Shown here: positions 25,526 through 38,029 of the stretch, piece after piece
Layout of the letters: each line of letters opens with the position of its first letter
Position numbering within the stretch: position 1 is the first letter of the stretch
Assembly: GCF_018350175.1 (NCBI RefSeq)
Contig: NC_058368.1
Location: forward strand, 186,622,001 to 186,686,000
Direction of reading: 5' to 3'
DNA length: 64,000 nucleotides
Source: Felis catus
Lineage: Eukaryota
Notes under the pieces: model-generated
What the model was told of the DNA's origin: nothing
Databases searched by the model: none
Seen by the model: the letters and a program-made list of their open reading frames with translations, nothing else
Position numbers and translations under genes: made by a program

Positions 25526-28374
25526 AATTAAGTCTTTAAAACCTAGTTCTTTTGATGTCCATCCAGAGTTCTCTTTGAAGGATGACAGATGTTTATTGGA
25601 TTCTTGGCAGTATTTCCTCAGGAGAGGTTGCCAAGAGACTGGCACAAGGCGATGCATGGCAGGAGTGGAAGGCTCTGGGTATCCACCGAGCTGCGTGAGT
25701 GGAAGGTGGAAGCTTGGTCTATCACAGTGAAGAATAGGTCTTTATGACTAGATTTTAGGGTGAGTGTGAACAGTGATTTAGAATTAAGCCATGGAGCTTA
25801 CCATTGTATAAGAGACAGAAACAACATGTGTATAAGCCAGAAGATTTAGAACCAATGAGTATGATTTAGGTCCTTGAGAGACAAGTCATGTGGCAATGAC
25901 TCTAGGAAGGAGTAAGAGCTGAATAAAAGGAGGACAATATTCATTTGCCCAGCAAGGAAAGAGTGGCTGAGAATAAGCAGAAGTATTACTGATATAGAAT
26001 CATTCATTCACAAGACTAAAGACTATGACCCAGATAGGATTGTGAGAGTTCAAAATATGATCAGTAAGCTCAATGGAGATAGATAGATTTGTGCTATGCT
26101 AGGAGATAGGGACCTTCAGTTTTATACCCCCTTAATCTGAGTGTCTAAGTCATTTTGGGAAAGTCTCTGATGAAATACTTCCCCATGCCATAACAATGTG
26201 CTGTCCAGCTTTTTTAGACTAGCTACAGAAGACAGAGCTCTTCCTGAGAGTGGAGGGGACCTGAGCCAGAAGCCCTGACATTTGTTCCCATTTGCCACTT
26301 GAAGTTTCTTCCCCATCCTTCTCCCCCTTGCCTGTCCCATATTTTCTCTTCAATGCCATGGGTCAAGATTAGACAAAAGAAATACTTTTTCAAATCTCCA
26401 TAGCAAGGTTTAGATTAGATTGCAGCACTTCACTCTAAGGCATAACAACATCAAAAAGCAAATGAACAGAAAGCCTAACAGGTAGCCAGATAATATATTT
26501 TATTAATAATATTAAAAGGATTAAAGTATATTAAAAATATATTGCATATCCAGTACTATACTCTGTGTTTATAAATATTACCTTAGTTGATCTATATGCC
26601 AGATTTATGAAATAGATATCATTCTCACTTAATAGAAAAGAAAACCAAGGTAATTTTTGGCCTAACTTGCAAAGCTAAAAAATGTCAGACTGGACTTGAA
26701 TCTGAGTTTGACTACTCCAAAGCTCATACTCTTAACCACTTCAGTATATTTTCTTATTTCATGGTCAGCTTGGAGACTCTTAGTGGGTTTCATCTTACCT
26801 GCTTCCTGACCTGCCTCCAAGTGTCAGGGGCATGTGTTTTTTGTTCTTTTTAAATCTTTTGTAAAGAACACACTGATAACTGCTTCCTCCCTTCAGAATA
26901 AAGCCCATCTCCTTCCACAGGGATGTAGCCTCATCCTAAGACCTCAACCAGTCAACCATAGCTGCACATAATAAATAGATCATTCATTCAGATCACCTGT
27001 AGACTCTCCCTTTCCCTCCCTAGTCCCCTACACTGGGTACCTCTCTTGTCTTGTGTTCAGAGGAGGGCACACGTTCACTTCATATCCATTTCTTCATCCT
27101 AATTCTTTATGAAGATGTTGTGGTAGTACTGTTGGTGGTGGTGGCTTGAATTTATTGAATACCTCATATATCCAAGGAGCTATACTTAGTTCTTGACATA
27201 TTGACAGTTGTCCCAACAGTGGATAATGTGATCTCCATTTTGCAGTTATAGACACCAAGGCTCTGAAAATTTAAGTGATTACCCAAGGTCACTCAACCTG
27301 GTAAATGCAAATGCTAGGACTTGAATTCAGCTTTGCCTGGTTCCAATACCTACATTTCTTTTACCATAAAAGGTTAAAAAGGAAATAATATGTACAGGGA
27401 GGATTATAGCTCTCCCTAAATCTGCCATTTGGGTACCAGCATTTGTCTCTCAACATCTTCTCTTGTTCTGAAGTATTGTGGTAGGACCTGTGAAGTCAGG
27501 TAAAAATCTGTTTGTTTTAGAGCCCATGGAATTTTTATATCTTTCCTCTGACTCAAACTTTTACTCACCCTTACACTCGATAAAGCCCATTTCTTATTCC
27601 CCTCATAAAATCATGAGAACAATTGATCTCATGTCACATCATGTTGTATCAATACACAGCCATTTTATTTCCACCTGACTATAGTCTTTCATTCTTGTTT
27701 CATGTGATCAGTATGTGATCACCCTCAGGTTTATAGCATTGTGTTGTCAAAAGTTTCTGCATTGCCTAAAGCTTGATTTAATTCAGCTCTAGCCACTCTG
27801 TTTTCCAATTTTCAAAAGTCAGATTCCTTTTTCACAAGAGCATTGCATGTCCTGAGCAGAAAGGTTACTGACTCAGCATTGCTCTTGAAACTTTGCACAG
27901 GAGGTGAATTCCCCCCGACAGTCGCAATGCAGCTCAGTTCTTAACTCCCAAAGTCAGAAGTTGTTATTTGCAAATGCAATTGGTAAAAAGCTGGTACACT
28001 TGAGTTCTAAGTAGAATCTGAATACCATTTGAGCATGTCACTAAGAAAAATAAAGGGAAAGGAATTTTTAAAGTCCAGAATTTTGATAAGCTACAGTGAA
28101 GGTGATCTGGCTTTTCATAAAACAATAAAGTTGCTTTCCATTGCCCAGGTGATAGTTTATACTCTAAATGGTAAGTTAAGTTCCTGAAGAGGTAAAATTT
28201 TGTGTAAAGTTGTTTGTTTGTTTGTTGGTTGGTTGGTTGGTTGGTTGGTTGGTTTTATAGAGTTGCAGAATAAAGCAGACCAGATTCCAATTAATAATAG
28301 ACTCTATTTCAGAGAGTACGTTTGATAACGTGTGGTTATCAGAATACTGGTATCAAACTGACTTGGGATGTTTT

Positions 28375-28475
28375 ATCTTGGTGAGCATTGAGCAATATAT
28401 AGAATATGTTGTATGCAGGAAACTAGTACAACATCATATATCAATTATGCTTCAATAATAAATAAATAAAAATAG
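28375..28475 (+). mobile_element. Short carnivore L1 3' terminus
   Basis: ggtgagcattgagcaatatatagaa...gaaactagtacaacat...tcaattatgcttcaataataaataaataaaaa. Confidence 0.7.
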
Positions 28476-29180
28476 ATTTCTAGATTCAAGCTTAATGAAT
28501 CAGATTCTATAGATGTATGGCCCCAAGCAAACAATTTTAGGGACAGAAAAGTCATTTATAAGGTAATTAAGTGAGATCAGCTCCATAGAGTTAGGGGGTA
28601 TTGAGCTCTCAGTATTTCGTATCTATTACTGTAGTTATTGGCATCCTTTGCCTCTCATTTGCACCTTGCACCTTTCCTCTTTCAGGCTTCTTCCACTAAT
28701 TTTTCATATTTGCTCTCTAGAAAGAATGCATTCAGCACTTCCACACTGTGGCACAAATAACTTGCAATGATTTCAAGGGTTATCCCTCCTAGGAGCAGCA
28801 TATACAATCTAACATTTATTAAACCCTAAGCTTTATTTCAACCAAAGGAGGGAAATGCTAAGAGTACAATTTGAGTTGAGTCAGGGAGAGGAGATAATTG
28901 GAAGTGGTGGGCAGTGGATGCTAGAAATAATGTATGAAAATATGCTCTGTGGTCAGAGAGTGTTGACTCATCATCCAAAATACTTTAGCACCTAGAAGGC
29001 GAAAACCAATGTAATAGGAGTGGAATGAAATTTGAGAATGTGTTATTGCAATATTTTAATAGAGATAATCTTGTAGGTATATTGCTCTTTGATTGATGTA
29101 TGAGTATTTTAAGTATTTGCAGTGTTTATGAATACAAGCTTACATCTCAGGGAGGGAAAAAGGCAAATCTTTAAAACCCA

Positions 29181-29187
29181 GAACATT

Positions 29188-29235
<48 letters not shown>
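29181..29235. repeat. (AC)n microsatellite
   Basis: Seen directly. Confidence 0.95.
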
Positions 29236-29238
<3 letters not shown>

Positions 29239-30599
29239 CACAAACCCTGCAGTACTAATTATTCTGGAACCATTAAGGACATATGTTTGCAGCTCCTTAT
29301 AAGTTTCACAGCATGGAAATGAGTATCAAGGCCTGTGTTGCCCACCATTTTGGTTTTGCTTTTGTTTTTGTTGGTATTTAGCTTCATTGAAAATGTATAT
29401 TATAATGCTTAGACAACTGTAATGGGTTTATGTTTTGAATAACTCTATCTTTCACTGAGCACCAGCTCCTGGAGACCTCACCTTTCTGTTTTACTCAATC
29501 ACTATATGCGCAGCACCTACATAAAGATGACCAGGTAGGTACATGGCTCATGAAAGATTGAAAATATGTTTTAGATGTTTAAAATGACAATAATGTCATT
29601 CCTGATACAGTTTAAATCAGAAAGTAAGAGAGTATAGTTTACTGATGAGTAATGAGAATGAGGAGATTATATCTCTAGGATAGCTGAATGACTTTAGAAA
29701 GCCACTTCTCTCGACTTTTTTATCTTTAAAATGAGACCATTCAACTAGCTGTCCCACGACCTGTGGGAGTGGACCCCTCTACACCTTATGTTCAAAATTG
29801 TATCAAACACTCTGGCTTGAATTAAACTATGACTGATTCTGCTTAATAGTTTTAGTTTTACTTTAAATTTTAAATATGTGCTTTTCAAATGTACCACATA
29901 TTATGTTAACGAGACTTACAAGTTTCTGGTATTTTATCATTAATGGCTGTACCTTTCAGAACCATTGTAATCAATTTATATCAAGTTTTAATTTTAGCAA
30001 ATAGGACTAGTTTAGGGAAATTCCTTTTACTTAGTCTCAGAAATTCTCATAACTCCTTTTCCACTTATGCTAGTAGTAAACACATCACCATGATTACTAT
30101 TAGCTTAAAACCAGAAATGGTACCAGTTGGTGAAAACATGTGTTTACCCCCGGAACTATAAAAATATCACATGACCTCAATCCAAGTAAGTCTTGCCATT
30201 AACTTGTTTTAAGGGCTAGAGTCAGTTCACTGGGAATATATTTAATTATAGGTATCGTAGGAAATTAAGGTTATTGTAGAAATAATGGCTTCTTCCCTCA
30301 TGAAGTTCATATTTCAGTATAATTATTAAGATCAACTACTTTTACTCTTATGTTTATTAATAACATTACTTTTATTGAACATTCACTATGTGTTACCTAG
30401 TTGCATAATTTAGCTTACTTAAGTCACATAACAACCTCCTCTTAACTGTAATTAATCCTCCATTTTACAGATGTGGAAACATAGCTTCCAAAAGATTGAA
30501 TAAATTTTACTGAAGCATGAAGCTAGTAAACCCGTTTTCTTAAATTGTTCTTTCACAGTTCTCAAAATTTTCAATCTCACAGAAATAGAGTAGAAAAAT

Positions 30600-30980
30600 T
30601 GAAATTGGAATCCCAAAAGGGAATTTCTTTTTAACTGGTGCAAAAAGGTGCTTTTATTGTAGCACAGGGTAAGGATCCATGAACAGAAAGAGCTGCGTTT
30701 GGGATTGTGAACAGAGACTGATTATATACTCTTAAGTTTCAGGGGGAGGGGTAGAGATAATGTAAGCCTCTAAGGTATTTTTGCATGTTAAAGAGTTTTG
30801 GAGCCTGGAGGTTTAGCTAGTGTCAAGATAAGGTTGCTTTTAGTCTGTAGCAAAACTTCATCATTAAGGCAGCCATGAGTTCCTTGAATGTCATGCTCTG
30901 CACATCTAAGGTATTTATCAGTGTGCTACACATTGTAAGGAGATTTAAAGTGAGCTACCTTTCTCTTGCCTTCCTTCTCC
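30600..30980 (-). mobile_element. Probable solo ERV LTR (carnivore type)
   Basis: Minus-strand TATA-like box (~30722-30728) about 70 bp upstream of AATAAA (~30653-30658), as in LTR U3/R architecture. Family not identified. Confidence 0.45.
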
Positions 30981-30989
30981 GTCTGTAAG

Positions 30990-31315
30990 CACTCATGAAA
31001 TTTAGCCCCTCAAGGCCAAATGCCTGGGGATTCTCTTCCCTTTATAGGCTCCCTGGTGTGCTAGTCTGCCTTTTGCCCCTCTCTATGCCCAAGGTTCCCT
31101 CCCTCACTCCCTCCTGTGGTTGGACCCATGGAGTCTAGGTTCCCAAAGTCTTCACCTGTTCTACCCTCTCCAGTAGGGCCTCTTCTCTACAGAATATCTT
31201 CCTCATTATTTGTGGAGTCTGTTTGGTCAGTCTTTGGGTCCCTTTCTGGACTGTTTGCTCTGAAGCAAGTAATTCCTAGTTGTATTCACAGGACAAGGTG
31301 AGTTCACAGTCCCAA
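30990..31315 (-). mobile_element. Probable L1 5' UTR fragment (antisense)
   Basis: Pyrimidine-rich; ctagttgtattcacaggacaaggtgagttcacagtcc resembles the antisense 5' end of carnivore/L1M elements. Confidence 0.45.
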
Positions 31316-33161
31316 GAGGGAAATCCTAACTAGATTTCCAATCTAAATAGCATTATATATGGTTGTTAAGTACTTTGTATTAAGTATAATACTCTATTCA
31401 GACAAGTTATGAGTTAAAAGATATTGTGGACTGATCTGCAAATGTATCCAGTCTTCACATAGGAAAGTAAGTGCCACTACCAAATAACTTTACTAAAAAA
31501 AGGTTTTCTGTAATTAGAAAAATAAGTGTTGAACTTCCTGGGTTCCTAGACCACATATAACTTAGCTAAAACTAGTTATTTAATAACACGTTGAACATTT
31601 ATCTTGGAACATTATGTAAATTACTTTCTACCTTAAAGTACCCTTTGCTATCAGAGGACTTGCAGTAAGAACAATTCTTGTTCCTTTCTTTGTAGGAGGC
31701 ATTGACAACTCCATTTTGTTTGTCTTCTTGTTTTTTTTATAGACTTCAAATAGCTAATAGAAAAATTCTTGTCAGGTAGAAAGGACTTCAACTGCATTTA
31801 TTGCTGAGAATATGTTTTTCTCAGTAATGTAGGTTTAATCTCTCAGTAAGATTGATATCATATGCATTTCTTCCTCAGTAAACATTCTCTGTAAAAATGA
31901 AAAGTTTACTTCAGAGACTTAAGACTAATTCTTGAAGAGGAGCCACGATTAATATCCTTAGAGAACAAATTTGAGATATGGAGACCCTGTTCCTCTGTTG
32001 GCATTTTCCGTAATGCTGGTGGGCTACCAAGGCTTTTTCCATATGGGTGTTCACCCACATATGCGTTTGACCCTTTAGACACTCAAAACTCAAAACATGA
32101 CATTTATGCCTATATACATTTTTTAACGATTATTAACCAAAACTTCAAAGTTTGACAATTATGACTTCCAATGAAAAAAAAAGCTGTGTTTTGAAGAGTT
32201 ACAGTAAAATGTTAGTTTAGGTAAAGCTTGAATGTTATCATCAGCACAAGTATATTTAAATAATCTGACATAGCTTCCCTATGTTCCACCCATAGTTTTT
32301 ATTCCTTTGTCTCTGTTTTTTCTTTCCTCCTTCCTCATTTATAATTTTCTCAAATTACATGAACTCTCCTTACTATACATACCAAGGCTACCTTTTTAAA
32401 CATTTAAAAATGTGCAGTAAATATTTTCCCCCAATTGTTTTCTCACCACACTTATCACATGACCCATTTGCCTTGCCACCTGCAATGAAACTGACCATGA
32501 TTATAGCAGCAACTAAAATTTGTTGCAGGAAATGGGGTATATAGCAGTTCATATTGTTTTTTATGAGCATTCAAAATATTGATAATATCCTTGATATTGA
32601 CATATGTTAGGGCATTTAGTTATAAATTTAAATTTAATTTACGTATCGGTTAATTCCCTATAAAATCCAACAATACTATAAATATTCTTACATAAACAGT
32701 AGATGAGACCAAAAGTTTTGGATTTCTGCAAACTCTTCTTCCAGATAACTCTTGAATATCTTCTTTTCTTCTGGTTCTAAACTACTTACAACTTAGAAAA
32801 GAAGCATTCTGTCTCATCTTTTTATGTATGGACTTGATTTCCCACTATTACCTATGTTGGACCTTATGAGCCATGACAGGTGCTTACAGAGTTTAAGCTC
32901 CTCTGTATCCTAGAATTCTCTTGACATTGTGACTGGTTCAAGTGAATTATCTGCATATGTGGAAAGTTTGCTCCACCACCATCATCTCTGTTATTAGCAT
33001 AAACTAAGGTTAATTAATGCTCTATTAGTTCATCACTTACATCTTAAGAAGGCTTTCCCCTCACTTTTATTTTCTACTTTTGTTGCGGAAATGTTTGAGG
33101 ATATGTCTTTGTGATACCCTACAAAATGATTTTAGATGTTTAAACTTCATTAAAATTTTTG

Positions 33162-33398
33162 GGGGGTGTCTGGGTGGCTCCGTCAGTTAAGCATCAGACT
33201 CTTAATTTCAGCTTCAGTCATGATCTCACGGTTTCTGGCATCAGTTCCCACGTCGGGCTCTGTGCTGTCAATGTGGGGCTTTCCTGGGACTGACTCGCTC
33301 TCTCTCTCTTACTCTCTGTCTCTCTCTCCCCATCTCTGTCTGCCCCTCTTCCCTTCTGTTTCTCTCTCAAAATAAATAAATAAATAAACATGTAAAAA
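33162..33398 (+). mobile_element. Carnivore SINE
   Basis: Head, (CT)n tract, (AAAT)n tail. Confidence 0.95.
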
Positions 33399-33799
33399 TT
33401 AAACTTAATTTTTTAAAATAATGAATGTAGGCTTACCTAAATGACTAAATCCTGTAAATTTGATGGGGGAAAAAGATGCATATTTTTATCTGAGGAGATA
33501 TTTCATCTTGACATTAAGCAGAAGCTTTAGCAAAAGATTACAGTACCCAATGATGTGGTCAATGATGTAACCTTAAACAATGATTGATTCTATTTTATAA
33601 TGATAAGCCAAAAATAGTAAGTTTTTTTTTTCTGCTTAGACAAGAATTATCATTCTAATCAATATTGGTATCATAGCTAACACTCATCAAGTATTTTTAA
33701 ATGCCAAGATATTTAAGGACATTATCTTATTGAACCTTTGCAATGCCCTGGTGTTGTCCGTGTTTTAAATATGAGAATACTGAGATTTAAAGAATTTAA

Positions 33800-33992
33800 G
33801 GGGCGCCTGGGTGGCTCAGTCAGTTGAGCGTCCAACTTCAGCTCAGGTCACGATCTCACGGTTTGTGGCTCTGTGCTGACAGCGCAAAGCGTAGAACCTG
33901 CTTCAGATTCTGTTCTGCCCTTCCCCTGTTCACTCTCTGTCTCTCTCTCTCTCTCTCAAAAATAAATAAACATTAAAAAAATTTTAATAAAT
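33800..33992 (+). mobile_element. Carnivore SINE with internal deletion (B-box region lost), inserted in a MIR
   Basis: ctcacggtttgtg joined directly to gctctgtgctgac; TSD aaagaattt. Confidence 0.93.
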
Positions 33993-34179
33993 AAAGAATT
34001 TGAGTAAAAGTTCTCCTAACTCCACAGCATGAATTGATGGGACTAATACTGGAAACCAATTCTGTTTGACTTAAAACCCCTCACCTTTGTCCTTGCTATA
34101 ATATTGTTTTTCTAGGTGCCATTTTTCGTTGTGGAATAATAGGAATGGTCATTTGTGCAAAGGCAGAATCACAAAGAGA

Positions 34180-34430
34180 AGTTGCTATGAAGTCAGGTGG
34201 GCAATATCCGTGAGTGAAGTAGGCAATGCAGGGCTTTATCACATGCCGTTTCTAAAGCAGGAACCACTCCAGCCTCACTTCAACTCCAGCTGATGGCTTC
34301 CAGGTGGGAACAACAAGCCCCTGTTGCTAGATTTCAAGAGAAACTAGATATGTAATTTTTATATAAAATTATTTTTACACAGTATTTGTTTACTACAATA
34401 TTTAGTCCCCTGGTCAGCAATCTCTAACCT
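34180..34430. mobile_element. MER103-like hAT-Charlie fragment
   Basis: ctgttgctagatttcaagagaaactagatatgtaattttta motif; related copies at ~37900-38190 and ~42400-42635. Confidence 0.5.
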
Positions 34431-34719
34431 CTCAAAGATTTAAACTTGATCTCTTCCTTCTTGGTGTTTGGAAGTCATTTGTTTGACAAATAATTATTAG
34501 ATACTTACTGTGGACTAGGATTTATGCTAGTGTCTGAGAACTAGTTCAGCTTATGCATTCAAGTAGCTTCCCGAATAATGAAAGATATGAGAAGCAAATA
34601 ATCAGTTTCTAAATCTCTGTGTGTTTCAAACTGAACGAGATACCATAAGAGATAGTAAGACATAAAATATGGCATTTTGTCTACTAGGATTATTCATTGA
34701 TTTATCTATTCAGAAAATC

Positions 34720-35312
34720 TTTTTTTTTATTCCCAAGTTAGTTACCAGTGTAGTCTTGCCTTCAGGAGTAGAACCCAGTGATTCATCAATTGCATATAAC
34801 ACCCAGTGCTCACTGCAACAAGTGCCCTCCTTAATGCCCATCACTCACTTAACCCACCTCTTTACCACCCTCCCCCCAACCCATCAAGATGTTGGGCATC
34901 TTTTCATGTCTTTTGGCCATCTGGATGTCTTTTTTGGAAAAGTGTTCATTCATGTTTTCTGCCCATTTCTTCACTGGATTATTTGTTTTTGGGTGTTGAG
35001 TTGGGTGAGTTCTTTATAGATTTGGGATACTAATCCTTTATCCAATATCTCGTCTACAAGTATCCTCTCCCATTCCATTGGTTGCCTTTTAGTTTTGTTG
35101 GTTGTTTCCTTTGCTGTACAACTTTTTATCTTGATGAGGTCCCAATAGTTTATTTTTGCTTTTATTTTTCTAGCCTCCGGAGATATGTCAAGTAAAAAGT
35201 TGCTGTGACTGAGGTTAAAGAACTTGCTGCCTGTTTTCTTCTGTAGGATTTTGATGGTTTCCTGTCTCACATTTAGGTCTTTCATCCATTTTGAACTTAT
35301 TTTTGTGTATGG
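34720..35312 (-). mobile_element. 5'-truncated carnivore L1 with internal deletion (ORF2 C-terminal segment fused to distal 3' UTR)
   Basis: ORF 34971-35285 (KDLNVRQETIKIL...KINYWDLIKIKS...KRQPMEWE) is L1 ORF2; 34720-34885 is the L1 3' terminus; flanking aaatctttt is a probable TSD. Confidence 0.92.
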
Positions 35313-35324
35313 TAAACAAATCTT

Positions 35325-36200
35325 TTAAGTGTTCACTACATGCCAAGCACTGTCCTCAGCAATGCAGATAAGTAGTTAAAAAAAAAATTCTTGCCTTTGA
35401 AGTGAGCATATACTGAAAGGAACATATAATAAACCAACAAATATATAATGTGGGAGGTAGTAGTATGTGTCATGAAGATCATAACATGAGGTAGGGAAGT
35501 AGAGGTTATTGGAGAATCACTGTTTATTAAGTACTAATTTATATATGGTGACCATGGAAGGCTATTCCAGTGAAGTGATATTTGAGCAGAGACCTCTATT
35601 AAGTTAGGGTTTGGACCATGTGTATATTGAGTAAAGATTATCCCTAGGAGGAAAGTAAGTGCAAAGGCCCTGTAGGAGCCAGTTTGAAGGCTCTTGCTGA
35701 TAGTCCAGAGAAAAATTTGATAACTTGGACAGGATAGAATTTATGAGAAATTATTAATCTTAGATGTATTTAGAAGGAAATACCAGTAGTATATACTGAT
35801 GTCTGTTAAGTGAGGGAAGAAGTCAAACATGACTTACCAATTAGAAGAATGGAGGTTTCATTTACTGAGGTAGAGACTACTGTGTGAAGAACAGGAGTGT
35901 TGTAAAAATCAAGATATGTGTTTAGAAAATGTCAAATTTGAGATGGTCTCTATACATTCAAGTTTATTTTTTTAATATGTATTGTCAAATTGGCTAATAT
36001 ACAGTGTGTAACGTGTGCTCTTGGTTTTTGGGGGTGTTATATACATTCAAGTTTAGATGGAATGTCAAGAAGACACTTGGCTCAGAAGGGAAGAATGAAC
36101 TAGAGATGGCAACATGAAAAAGGAGGTGGAAGAAAAGAGTCAAGTGAGTGACACAGACTTGAAGTACCATGGGTGTTCAGAGAATGAAGGACTTGTGATC
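35325..36200 (-). mobile_element. L2 3' region (antisense)
   Basis: aagtgttcactacatgccaagcactgtcct..., gtgatatttgagcagagacct, gtgcaaaggccctg, tttactgaggtagag. Confidence 0.8.
35967..36039 (-). mobile_element. Extremely 5'-truncated (~70 bp) felid L1 3' end
   Basis: Minus strand cccccaaaaaccaagagcacac...ttagccaatttgacaat + A-tail; perfect 16-bp TSD tatacattcaagttta at 35951-35966 and 36040-36055. Confidence 0.85.
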
Positions 36201-36537
36201 TGAAAAATCTGCAAACTGCTTAGTAAAGAGAGGAGGACCATAGAGGAGGAGAAGCTATAGAATAAACGTAGCTTGAGGTAGCAAAACTCTGGAATGCACT
36301 GAGACTAAAGAGGAGAATAAATGAGAAAGAATCACAGTAATTGAGTATCCTAACTTCTTTGCCCAGGACAGTTCTGAAACTTTTGATACCTAGGATTCAA
36401 TTTCAAAGATGGTCTATTGGAGAGAGGGAGGGTAGGGAAGGGGAGAGAAATGCCACATCATGAAAGTAGAAAGGATTAGTACATAATGGCTGATAAAATG
36501 TGTTCCACCAGTGGAACAGTGGGTGAAACATTAATTC

Positions 36538-36569
36538 TTTTTTAAGTTTATTTATTTATTTTGATTTAC

Positions 36570-36620
<51 letters not shown>

Positions 36621-36798
36621 AAGAGCATGTATACAAGGGAGGGACAGAGAGGGAGGGAGGGAGAGAATCCTAAGCAGGCTTCCCACTGCCCTGTCAGCTC
36701 AGAGCCTTACATGGGGCTCGAACTCACTAATTGTGAGATCATGACCTGAGCCAAAACCAAGAGCCAGATGTTTAACCAACTGAGCCACCCAGATGCCC
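36538..36798 (-). mobile_element. Carnivore SINE with expanded (GA)n
   Basis: Full body; (GA)n at 36573-36618. Confidence 0.95.
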
Positions 36799-37419
36799 AG
36801 AAATGTAGTTTTTTTTTTTAATGAAGTTCTCATTTAGTGTGAACTCCAAAGGAGCACATTTCCAAAATTAATATAGGTATCAGCATTGCTAGGTATACCA
36901 TTTCTACTATATTTTCCTTTATTTTATGAGGGTACTGAGGTTGATTCTCTTGAACTGTATTGTCTATTGAAAGGCTATTGTAAGTCACAGAATTGGTGGT
37001 AATCTGTGGGGAAATTTAGCCCAGAAAGGCAGAGCTTGTGTGTCTGTGACTGGTACTTGCCTTGTATATGAGGTGAGAAAGGACTGTTACTTGGGTCTTT
37101 TTTATGATAATTTACCCACAGTTATTGTACTTGGATGCCCAAGGAATATCCTTATGTAACACATATTTGCATATGGAATTTTAATTTGCATTGGAATTTC
37201 TGAGAAAGAAAAAGAATCTAGGCATCCACCTAAAGAAGTGTGTTAGTTTGGAATATTGATGCCCCTGGCACTTTACAGTTTTGATTTTCCCCATAAATAA
37301 GTGTTCTAGGTTAGTGCTTTATTTCTAGACATGCCAGGGGCTGCTCATTCCCCCAATGGGACAGCCCTGTTCCAATGATTTTAATGTAGCAGAACTTAGT
37401 GCATGCTGCCATACTGAAC

Positions 37420-37600
37420 AGGTATAGATCTCAGTTCTACCACTGCCTTTGTGTATGGTCCTTTAATTGTCTCATCTGTAAAAAGGAGATCACAATACCC
37501 AATAAGAACTAACATGGATTTTAAATGAGTGAATGAATCATGCAAAAAGGTTGGGATGGTATCTGGAACAGAGTAAGCATTCAATAAATATTAACCACTT
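37420..37600. mobile_element. MIR
   Basis: gtctcatctgtaaaaaggagatcacaatacc...ctggaacagagtaagcattcaataaatatt. Confidence 0.8.
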
Positions 37601-38008
37601 CTATAATTATGAATACTGTCTAAATTTTGTTGATGGAGGGAAAGCAGGTACATGAATGTTTTCCTTATGATGGGGAGAAGTGTATGAAAAGAGGGAGCCA
37701 TGAATATTATTATACTTTAGTGGATGTTAAGTTATTCTGACTCTAAAGGCACATGTAAATGAATATGTTTCCTAGACTTAAGGACATATTTTAGAAAGGC
37801 CCCAATATAGGGGATACAATCTCAAATACCTGTGTAAGTTAAGGAGATAGAGAAAATAAGTGAAGATGACCATGCATACAATAAAAAGGGGTGATGGAGA
37901 CTGTAGAGAACTAGAAGGGCCCATTTCCCTCTCCTCAGGAGAGGGCAAGGATATCAGCCACAGATGGCGGTGGCCATGCAAGACTCTCCAGTGCAGAAGT
38001 GCAGTCCC

Positions 38009-38029
38009 GGGGGGGGGGGGGGGGGGGGG
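38009..38029 (+). repeat. G21 homopolymer
   Basis: Seen directly. Confidence 0.9.

Noticed and set aside
34971..35285. 104-aa ORF as a host gene
   Set aside because: It is an L1 ORF2 C-terminal fragment within a truncated element.
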